DNA of 64,000 nucleotides, taken from assembly GCF_032444005.1 (NCBI RefSeq), contig NC_091282.1, forward strand, positions 663,462,001 to 663,526,000, written 5' to 3'. Within the stretch, counting starts at the first letter, position 1; the number at the start of each line of letters is the position of its first letter. Both the position numbers and the translations under genes were made by a program. The notes under the pieces are model-generated. The model was not told the origin of the DNA and made no database searches. It was given only the letters and a program-made list of their open reading frames with translations. This stretch comes from Ranitomeya imitator (Eukaryota). Positions 34,561 through 45,567 of the stretch are shown one piece after another.

Positions 34561-34838
34561 GCACCGCTTACCAGACCATATCTTTCAGGTCCCTCACACA
34601 GGGCAGCAGTTCTCTATTGTCTACACAACACTACGACGCTATATAGCATTATTCATACTTCTGATAAAGGAGTTGCTATATATTCCCATTGCTTGCATAT
34701 CAAGCGATATATGAATAAGACTCGGGAGAGTTGAAACGTCATGTCACTACCTTGATCGCTTGTATACTTGTTCTTTGCTCCCATGTTTAATACAATTTAT
34801 CCTGATTTTTGCATCCTTAACCATAAGAGTGTGCGGTG

Positions 34839-35618
34839 TGTTAGGAGTTGAGTTCCCGCCACTGCACAGGGGGAATCTCGAACCATGTCTGCTGCGGTCT
34901 CCCATTCTGCATCGGCCGCAGTGGAGCCTGCGCAGCGGAGATGTCGGTCCCAGTGTCTCACTGAATCTGATACTGTGCAAAGGGTTACTGCTGCCTCTCC
35001 AGGCTCTACTCTTGTACCCTGCACTGGTCTGCGGCGAGCAGGCTTTTCTGGGACTAAGTCCTGCTTTGCACACACTGAGCATGCCCCGTGTAAGATCTCT
35101 CAGTGGAGATCAAGGGTCACATGCTCAGGTACTGCAGCAACTTCGATTGGTCCTCCAGGAAGGTCCTGTACCTGATCAAGTTCTGTGGCAGCCTGCCATT
35201 GGTCCTTCTAGGAAGGTCCTGTAGGTGCTACAGCTATAAAAGGTTCTCATGACCGCACGGCCATGCGCTAGTATCAAATATGTACGAGCTCAGCGCCAGT
35301 GTGGTCATGTGTGTGGTCAGAGACCCAGCTGAAATTAGCCTCCGGCGAGGAGTTTATGTCTGAATTCAGGGCTGGCTAATAGCCATTAGAATTCCGGCTC
35401 CACCGGAGAGGAGCTGCGTGTTGGTTGGACTGCATGACCACTGTTGGCTCTACACAGTAGCTGCGTCCCCTGTGAGCTAAACAGGGCACAGTGTTCTCTT
35501 TACTACGGGCTCTGTGAAGTAACAGAGTTCGTTTATACAAATTTGCTTCGCTGCCTTGCTTAGCAGCAGGTTCTTTCCTGCACGGTGGATCCTGGGTTGC
35601 GTTCCGCCAACCCTAACA
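34839..35618 (+). mobile_element. Solo LTR of the same family as the chromovirus at 42504-49296
   Basis: TGTTAGG...CCCTAACA ends; shared interior sequence; near-TSD CGGTG/CGTTG. Confidence 0.88.
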
Positions 35619-35622
35619 CGTT

Positions 35623-35970
35623 GTCTTCTAATTTAATTAATCCAACACAATGGGCAGCACTTTGAACACATTTTATAAGTGGTCATAAACTTGTTAATAA
35701 CTCATGAAATTATAAAGTTACGCTAAAACCAACAACAACATTGTTTTTATTGTGAAATTCTCAATAACTTTGATGTGTCACGTGACCCTCTTCCCATTGA
35801 AAAAATAATTTTGGATCCAAAATAGCTGACTTCAAAATGGCTACCATGGTCACCACCCATCTTGAAAAGTTTCCCCCCTCCCATATACTGATGTGCCACA
35901 AAAAGAAAGTTGATAACACCAACCAGTCCCATTTTATTTAGGTGTATCCATATATATGGCCCACCCTGTA
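35623..35970. mobile_element. Tc1/mariner-like terminal remnant
   Basis: Ends in GGCCCACCCTG|TA. Confidence 0.45.
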
Positions 35971-37343
35971 GATATCCAGCTGATCTCTCTCACACTCGGG
36001 ATGGGTGCCGGCGGATGGCACAACTTGCACAAACAATGGAATGGAAAAAAGGAGAGGATGGCCCTAACAGTAAGGAGTGAGGGATGGGGCACCTCCTAAC
36101 AACAACCTGTGCTTATTCCTAAGCTCCCCTAATGCCCTATGCGGGCCCTTCCCCCCGTCGCCATCACGTGCCTTGTCCCTAGCTGTCACCTCACTAAATC
36201 CTGGCTAGTGCACTGGCCGGCAAGGACACAAGCCTCACCACTGCAGATGGTCTCAACACAGGGGAAGTGACAAACACGAGACAGACAAGGAAAGGGAAAA
36301 CTATACTTAGCTCCAGCCTCTGCTGCCAAGCTCCAACAGCAGAAGATATGGAACCAGGACCCTGAACTCCACAGAAGCAGCAGATACACTGCTGGCACCA
36401 GAGAGCTCCAAACTTCTAGTTGGTCTTCATAAAATAATTAAATTATCAACAGTCAGCTGATGTGTCATGTGACTATTTAAATGATTGTGGGAGTGGTCAC
36501 CACTCACATCAGCTGACCAGCTACAAAGCAGCTGCCAGCAAGGAAACTGACATTAACCCTTGGTGGCCCGAAAGGAAAACAGCAACATTTAAATTATAGT
36601 AGTACCAGAGCTGTCACGAATCCAAAAATGAATTGTGATACTTTCCCTGCTCTATAACAGTGATCCCCAACGTTTCTGACCTTGAGAGCCACATTCAGCT
36701 CTGAGAGAAGGTCTCAAGCCACATCCTGTCCCCCTGACATCATACCTGGAGACCTGTTCCTCATAGCTTTTGCTATACATTTCAGTTCTATTAAAATAGG
36801 CATCACGATTGCAGCTGCAGAAGGTGAAACCATGAAAGGCCCATGAGGGAGGGGCGCCTACTGATGCCAGTGCCAATTTCAAATGGATGTAAATTCAGCT
36901 GAAATGTATAGTGGCACAGGAGCTCACCGTTTCCATGCCCTGCAATACATTCTGCAGACCAATAGGAGATGTCGAGTTGCTTGTGATGGGTGGCGCATGG
37001 CAATGACGTCATGTGCTGCCAGTCCCAATACATCAAAGTAAGCTACCGGTTTCTGCGTCGGCTATAGAGGAGGAAACCACAAGTTATGGGAGTGTAGGAA
37101 GATAATAATAATTGTTTGTTTCTTTTTAAAATGTGCTGGCGAAGATTGGAAGGGTCCCAGAATGGGGGGCATTATATAAAAAAGAGGAACAGGAGGGCTG
37201 GCATTGTACCAGGATGGGAGGTATTATACCTGGAAAGGGCCAAAGATGGGGACATTGTTATAGGATGCAACCCAGAATGAGGGGAATTATCACTGGAGGG
37301 CCAAGGAAGGAGGACATTGCTAATGAAATGGGTGCAAAATGGG

Positions 37344-38827
37344 GTATTATTACCAGACGTTGCCCAGGATGGAGGACATTATTATATGAAGGGGCTCAGG
37401 ATGGCTGAAATTAATTAAAAAAAAGGGCCCAGGATGAGGAACATTCTATCAGGAAGGGACCCAGGATGAGGGACATTGTTATATCATGGGGCCCAGGATG
37501 GGGGGTATTATTAATGGAAGAGTCAAGGACAGGGATATTGTTACAGGAGCGAGTCTGGGAAATTAATACAGGAAGGAGTCAGGAAAGGAGGCATTATTAC
37601 TTGGGAGGTGAACATGCATGTCTTTATAGGATCTAGAACGCGACAAGGGATCATACAACTGACCAATATGCAGATGAGGGATCCAGATCCAAAACTTGCA
37701 CCAGGTTCTATCGCAATAGCTACGCCGCTGTTATTCCGAAACGCGTCGGTTATTCTTGGCTCCTACAGTCCCAACCCTGAAGAAGGAATCCGTGTTATTC
37801 CGAAACGCGTCGGTTATTCTTGGCTCCTACAGTGCTCCGTACCTCCGACAGGGGCACCACATGATGTACAGGACACGTGACCTGAAGTCTCCGCAGTTCC
37901 TGTCAGCTGCAACGATACAGAGCGCTCAGCTCTCATCCACTTCCTGCCGCAAGGGCGGCTGTCACCGGCCGGGACAGCACGCCGGGAACTATCACCTCCG
38001 AACATCGCCGATCACCATAAGGGAAGTAAAAATTAAGTTGCAAACTTACAAGTGCACGTGTGCTGCTCCTGCCGACATCCTTCAGACCCAGGTGTCTACA
38101 CGCCGAATAGTATATATGATCTTTCCTGGATCATTATTACATGTCTATATATAGAGGCATAATTCCGCAAGCCTCTATGCGATTGGTTGTTTCTAAACCA
38201 CATTTTTAAATAGCAGTTCTTCTAATATTCATCAGTTTGCTTGTCTAGTACATAGAAACATACCTTCTATTATATACACACCTGTTCACCCTTTCTCTAT
38301 CCTTGTCCTTAGATTCCGAATGTCATAGTCTAACTCACATGCGAGTAACCCTATCGCTTCCAGCACTATCTCCCTTCCATAAGGTAAATAGCTATTATTT
38401 AATTTCTATGCATTTTTTAGCGCAAGTATAATTTTTTATTGTATTATTACCAGACGTTGCCCAGGATGGAGGACATTATTATATGAAGGGGCTCAGGATG
38501 GCTGAAATTAATTAAAAAAAAGGGCCCAGGATGAGGAACATTCTATCAGGAAGGGACCCAGGTTGAGGGACATTGTTATATCATGGGGCCCAGGATGGGG
38601 GGTATTATTAATGGAAGAGTCAAGGACATGGATATTGTTACAGGAGCGAGTCTGGGAAATTAATACAGGAAGGAGTCAGGAAAGGAGGCATTATTACTTG
38701 GGAGGTGAACATGCATGTCTTTATAGGATCTAGAGCGCTACAAGGGATCATACAACTGACCAATGTGCAGATGAGGGATCCAGATCCAAAACTTGCACCA
38801 GGTTCTATCGCAATAACTACGTCGCTG
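37344..38827 (+). repeat. 387-bp direct repeats (37344-37730 and 38441-38827) flanking a 710-bp hammerhead-bearing insert
   Basis: Both copies run from GTATTATTACCAGACG to ..TACG(C/T)CGCTG, with about 7 mismatches by eye. Confidence 0.9.
37773..37815 (+). ncRNA. Minimal type I hammerhead ribozyme of the Penelope-associated type
   Basis: AACC-CTGAAGA-A-GGAAT(ccgtgtt)ATTCC-GAA-ACGCGT-C-GGTT: complete core, GUC cleavage triplet and palindromic stem III. Confidence 0.85.
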
Positions 38828-41800
38828 CCTTCTAGACTTGCTCTCTACAGGTTGGGGACTTCTACTCTATAACGTGATGCTGGCAGATCAGACTGCATGT
38901 TCAATGTGACAGGTTCCATTGAATCATGAGAAAACTTTGCATGCAATTTTGCATATCTGAGCCAAGTCCCACCAGAGATGATCCTTTCATATTAACGAGA
39001 AGATCATTTCAGGTATTTTCTGTTCCACTGACTACGAGAGGACAAGATAGTACAGGTGGATTTCACAATTCTTGGTAGGTCAATCATGCAGATGAGACAG
39101 GTGTGATTCCTGACAAATCCTTATGGCACAAAGGTATTTCATCTCTCCGACAAGCCCTAGTCTTGTTTTGCAGTGTTAGGGGTCAGAATGTTTTCTGCCG
39201 CTCAGGCATACAGCACGTTTTTCAATATAAGGAAGCCGTGAATTTTCGGTTTGTAACATGCTTGTTTATTCAGAGCTCTGCTATTTCCAAACAAGTCAGA
39301 ACCAATGTGGGAGTATTGTGAGGATGGTGCGTCTGGAGATGGGCGAGTATTGGAGAGCATCCAAATGATTAACGAGGCTGTGCACCGCCAGCAATACACG
39401 TGATATTGGGTTACCCGAGCCAGGGCTGAGCCAGGATATCCACCTTTATACTTTGATGCTTGGCTGCATAGCACCAACATAGTCCATGGCACTGTACAAA
39501 CATAATCAGCATTCACAAAGCCTCTGTTCTAAAAGGGAGATGAGATACAATCTAATTTCTTTAATTCAGATCCAATTTCCAATTTCATTTTTGAGCCAAT
39601 TTTCATTTTTACGCTTTTGGTTTTTTTTTCCTAAGCACCATAATATCAATCATTTTACCATACAGTATATTGATTTGAAAAAAGGCAAAACAAATTCTAT
39701 GTGGAGTAAAATGATGAAGCCATTATTTTCAGGGTTTAGTTTTTATGGCAATGATTATGCAGTAATATTCACCTGGCATAATGATTCCATAGGTCACTAC
39801 GATTATGGCTATTCCAAACTTGTAAAGTGTTTTAGATGTATACTTTTTCTTGGATAAATAACAGAGAATTTTTTTCAGAGACCAAAGCAAATATGGGAGG
39901 GGGGTTAGAATACAAATTGCATGCAGATGTTGGTACTAATGGGATGAGTATTACCGTACTTATTTTGTTGCTTTAGACCATTATAAGCTGTTTGAAAAAT
40001 AATCAAGAAATTGAAAAAAACACTTTAAAGCATTATTTCATCTTGGTTTCCCAAAAATCCCAAGATTGGGGATCTACAATCACAAGAATGGGGCTCTGCA
40101 GCCCTGTCATGAATGGAGCGATGGTGTGCATTCTCGGCCTCTGGTCCATTCATTGTCTATGGAACTGCCTAATATAGAACTGCAGAATATTAGTATTTAT
40201 GGGGAGAAATAGGGACACTCGAGAGACATAACTACAGCCAAGGCTGGCCAAATCTTGGAGACCTTTTCTCCAAGTAGTTGTTAAGTTTAAAAAGAATCAG
40301 ATACAAAGACAAGTTCAATTTCATTTTTTCCGAAATTACTATTTTAATCGCATAAAAAGAGAATATATCTTAAAAATAATCCAATTTGCAGGAACGGAAG
40401 AAAACAAGTCTTATGTTTTTGCCCTGTATCTAAATATCTTGGGTAATGTGGCGGAGTATTTTTGGTATTGTCTTTAGGTTGCCCTTTGTTTTCCTTCCTT
40501 GCAGTTGCATCTTAAGTCTGGTACATCAAGTTTAATGTGTTTGCCACTTCAAAGGAAATTATTATTTTCTCTCCATAGAGATGGTCATTGATCCAATATC
40601 TTAATTGATAATGTATGGTTTTCTTTGTTGGCCAGAAAAATGTATTTTTGGGAATATTTTCTCAATTTCTTGGATATAATGATCTAAAGAGTTACTAAAC
40701 TTTTTTTTAACTCCTTTACCCCCAAGGGTGGTTTGCACGTTAATGACCGGGCCAATTTTTACAATTCTGACCACTGTCCCTTTATGAGGTTATAACTCTG
40801 GAACGCTTTAACGGATTCCGGTGATTCTGACAATCTTTTCTCATGACATATTGTACTTCATGATAGTGGTAAAATTTCTTTGATATTACTTGCGTTTATT
40901 TGTGAAAAAAATGGAAATTTGGAGAAAATTTAGAAAATTTTGCAATTTTCCAAATTTGAATTTTCACGTCCTTAAATCACAGAGATATGTTACACAAAAT
41001 ATTTAATAAGTAACATTTCCCACATGTCTACTTTACAAAAGCATAATTTTGGAACCAAAAGGTTTTTTGTTAGGGAGTTATAAGGGTTACAATTTGACCA
41101 GTGATTTCTCATATTTACAACACCATTTTCTTTTAGTAGGGACCACATCACATTTGAAGTCACTTTCAGTGGTCTGTAAAATACCCGAGTGTGACACAAT
41201 TCTAAAAACTGCACCCCTCAAGGTGCTCAAAACCACATTTAAGAAGTTTATTAACCCTTCAGGTGCTTCACAGGAATTTTTGGAATGTTTAAAAAAAAAT
41301 GAACATTTAACTTTGTTTCACAAAAAAATTAATTCAGATCCAATTTGTTTTATTTCACCAAGGGTAATAGGAGAAATATGACCCGAAAAATTGTTGTACA
41401 ATTTGTCCTGAGTATGCAGATACCCCATATGTGGGGGGAACTACTGTTTGGGCACATGACAGAGCTCGGAAGGGAAGGAGCGCCATTTGACTTTTCAATG
41501 CAAAATTGGCTGGAATTGAGATCAGACGCCATGTCGAGTTTGGTGAGCCCCTGATGTGCCTAAACAGTGGAAACCCCCCACAAGTGACACCATTTATCTA
41601 GATGTGTGGTTAGCACTTTGAACCTCCAAGTGCTTCACAGAGGTTTATAATGTAGAGCCGTAAAAATAAAAAATCTTATTTTTTTCACAAAAATGATTTT
41701 TTCACCCCCAATTTTTTATTTTCCGAAGGGTAACAGGAGAAATTGGACCACAAAGTTGTTGTGCAATTTGGTCTGAGTACGCTGATACCCCATATGTGGG

Positions 41801-43464
41801 AGAAAACTACTGTTTGGGCACACGCCGGGTGCTCGGAAGGGAAGAAGTGGCATTTTGGAATGCAGACTTTAATGGAATGGTCTGCGGGTGTCACGTTGTG
41901 TTTGCAGAGCCCCTAATGTAGCTAAACAGTAGAAATCCCCAACAAGTGACCCCATATTGGAAACTAGACCCCGCAAGGAATATATCTAGATGTGCAGTGC
42001 GAACTTTGAACCCCCAAGTGTTTCACTAAAGTTTATAACGCAGAGCTGTGAAAATAAAAAATCATTTGTTTCCCACAAAAAATAATTTTTGAGCCCCCAA
42101 ATTTTAATTTTCCCAAGGGTAGCAGGAGAAATTGGACCACAAAAGTTGTTGTCCAATTTGTCCTGAGTACGCTGATACCCCATATGTGGGAGTAAACCAC
42201 TGTTTGGGCCCAAGTTGGGGTTTGGAAGGGAAAAAGTGACGTTTTGGAATGCAGACTTCGATGAAATGGTCTGCGGGCGTCACATTGCGTGTGCCTAAAC
42301 AGTGAAAACCCCCAATTCTAACTTTTTGTTCGGCGGCATGATGATAAAGCATTGTTTTTTGCCTCGTTTTTTATTAATTGTTTTTACGGTGTTCACTGAA
42401 GGGGTTAACTAGTGGGACAGTTTTATAGGCCGGGTCATTACGGATGTGTACTTTTATTGTTTTTTTTTTATCTACATAAATAAATCTATTTATTGGAACA
42501 ATATGTTAGGAGTCGAGTTTCCTCTGCTGCACAGGGGGAATCTCGATCCGTGTCTGCTGCGGTCTCCCATTCTGCATCGGCCGCAGTGGAGCCTGCTCAG
42601 CGGAGACGACGGTCCCAGCGTCTCGCTGGGACTGATACTGTGCAAAGGGTTACTGCTGCCTCTCCAGGCTCTGCTATTGTACCCTGCACTGATCTGCGGC
42701 GAGCAGGCTTTTCTGGGACTAAGTTCTGCTTTGCGCACACTGAGCATGCCCAGGGAAAGATCTCTCAGTGGAGATCAAGGGTCACATGCTCAGGTACTGC
42801 AGCAAATTCCATTGGTCCTTCTTGGAAGGTCCTGTAGGTGCTAGGACTAAGTCCTGCTTTGCACACACTGAGCATGCCCAGGTCAAGATTTCTCAGTGGA
42901 GATCTAGCTTCACATGCTCAGTACTGCAGCAACTTCCATTGGTCCTTCTAGGAAGGTCCTGTACGTGCTGCAACTATTTAAGGCTCTCATGGCCGCATGG
43001 CAATGCGCTAGTATCTTCCTATGTTATGTGCTTTGCGCCAGTGTGGTCATGTGTTTGTATGTGTTCAGGGACCCAGCTGAAATAAGCTTCTAGAATGCTG
43101 GCACCTCCGGCGAGGAGATTGTGTTTAAGTGTGTTCATGGACCCGGCTGAAATAAGCCCCTAGGATGCTGGCATCTCCGGCGAGGAGTTTTGTGTGCATG
43201 CATGACCACTGACTGCTCTCGTTTGGGTAGTTAGCCTGTGCCTCTGTGAAAGTCTAACAGGGCACAGAGCTTTGCTTTCTTGGCTGCTCTGTGAAGCTAA
43301 CAGAGCTGGTTCTTACCGCCATATAGTGACACCATTTACTTAGCAGCAGGTTCTTTCCTGCACGGTGGATCCCGGGTTGCGAACGCACCAATCCCATCTA
43401 ATAAATATATTCGGTGCCTTCCGCCAACCCTAACAGTATACTAGCGCCAGGATCTGGCTAAGTA

Positions 43465-44801
43465 ATGGTGGATGAACAGCGATTGCAGGGGTACATCCAG
43501 CTGCTGGAGGGCCGGTTGTCGTCTCTTTAGCATGCAACCTCGGCGGTGGATGTTACCGCAATAGCTGTTCAGGCTGCTAGCATGGCTGCAGCAGCTTTAC
43601 CCACTGCCACCTCTGTTCCGACCCTATCTCAACTCCCTTTGCCTGAGAGATACTCTGGGGACAGTAAGTCCGGTAGGGGTTTTGTGAGCCAGTGTGGTAT
43701 ACACCTCGAGCTCCTGGCTGCACGTTTTCCCACTGAGCGGGCAAAGGTGGGATTCATAATCTCTCTCTTGTCGGACAGAGCGTTGGAGTGCGCTACGCCG
43801 CTGTGGGAGCGCAATGATCATGTGGTGCGTAGTGTTCCTCGGTTTCTGGACACTCTGAAACAGGTCTTTTTAGGACCTCAAGTCACCCATGATACAGCGC
43901 TCCAACTGCTGGCTTTGACTCAGGGTTCAACCATGGTCAGCCATTTTGCTGTTCACTTCCGGACATTAGCGTCTGAGTTGGAATGGCCAGATAAAACCCT
44001 CATTCCTGTATTTTGGAGGGGGCTGGCTGACCATGTGAAGGATGCTTTGGCTACTAGGGAGATTCCCGCCACAATGGTGGAGCTCATAGTTGTATCAATT
44101 CGCATAGACCTTCGTTTTCACGAGCGAAGGTTGGAGCGAGCCCAGTGTAGGCAGAGGTTTCGGCTGGCTCCCGCCTTCGCCAGACCTTTGGAATCTCCAG
44201 TCCAGGCGTCTGAGTCACATGAGGCCATAGAGGTGACAAGAGCGGGATCCAAGTCCCAGTCCGCTCGTGCACATAAGGTTTGTCATGTTTGCCGGCAGTC
44301 AGGACATCTTGCCTGCAAGTGGCCTCAGCGGTCGAGGAGACGTCAGCGTCTAGTGGCAGTTGGAGGAGGTACACTAGACACGGCGAAGTTTGCCTCAAAG
44401 TTGTCCTTCAAGGGGACAATTACCATAGGCCCATCCACTCTTATGGTAGAGCTATGCGTGGACTCTGGGGCGGAGGGTAATTTTACGTCATCCGCTTTCG
44501 TCCAGCGTCACGCAATACCCCTGGTGATGCTCGCCAAACCAGTAACCGTTCGAGTGGTAAATGGGTCGACACTACCCTCACAGATTACCCACCAAACTAT
44601 TCCTATCACGCTTTCTGTGTCTTCATCACATCAGGAGATTTTCTCCCTATTAGTCATTCCTGAGGGGATTGATGAGGTCCTGTTGGGGATACCATGGCTT
44701 CACTATCATTCTCCTCATATAGAGTGGTCCTCTGGGAGAATTTTGGGATGGAGTAAATCCTGCGAGGGTAGATGTCAGAGGGAGTGCGTTCAGGTTGCTA
44801 C
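43465..44801 (+). pseudogene. gag: Chromovirus gag-protease, with an early in-frame TAG at 43528-43530 and cut by a MITE
   Basis: ATG at 43465 is in frame with ORF 43546. Capsid LPERYSGD..KVGFIISLL; degenerate CCHC CHVCRQSGHLACKW; protease VDSGAEGNF. Confidence 0.88.
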
Positions 44802-45559
44802 TAGTGTTGAGCGATACCGTCCGATACTTGAAAGTATCGGTATCGGATAGTATCGGCCGATGCCCGAAAAATATCGGATATCGCCGATACCGATATCCGA
44901 TACCAATACAAGTCAATGGGACACCAAGTATCGGAAGGTATCGTGATGGTTCCCAGGGTCTGAAGGAGAGGAAACTCTCCTTCAGGCCCTGGGATCCATA
45001 TTAATGTGTAAAATAAAGAATTAAAATAAAAAATATTGATATATTCACCTCTCCGGCGGCCCCTGGACATCACGCTGGTAACCGGCAGGCTTCTTTGTTT
45101 AAAATGAGCGCGTTTAGGACCTGCGAATGACGTCGCGGCTTCTGATTGGTCGCGTGGCGGTCACATGAGCGGCACGCGACCAATCAGAAGCCGTGACGTC
45201 ATTCGCAGGTCCTAAATTCCTAGAATTAGGAGTTTAGTGAATGAGAATGACGTCGCGGCTTCTGATTGGTCGTGTGGCGGTCACATGAGCGGCACGCGAC
45301 CAATCAGAAGCCGCGACGTCATTCGCAAGTCCTAAACGCGCTCATTTTAAACAAAGAAGCCTGCCAGTTACCAGCGTGATGTCCAGGGGCCGCCGGAGAG
45401 GTGAATATATCAATATTTTTTATTTTAATTCTTTATTTTACACATCCCTATAGATCCGATACCCGATACCACAAAAGTATCGGATCTCGGTATCGGAATT
45501 CCGATACCGCAAGTATCGGCCGATACCCGATACTTGCGGTATCGGAATGCTCAACACTA
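44802..45559. mobile_element. Non-autonomous hAT (MITE), 758 bp, inserted between protease and RT
   Basis: TIRs TAGTGTTGAGC / GCTCAACACTA; 8-bp TSD GTTGCTAC at 44794-44801 and 45560-45567. Confidence 0.94.
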
Positions 45560-45567
45560 GTTGCTAC

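Noticed and set aside
34747-35224. Similar 85-154-aa ORFs recurring at 34.7-35.2, 42.4-43.1 and 48.3-48.9 kb
   Set aside because: They are incidental frames within three copies of the same LTR
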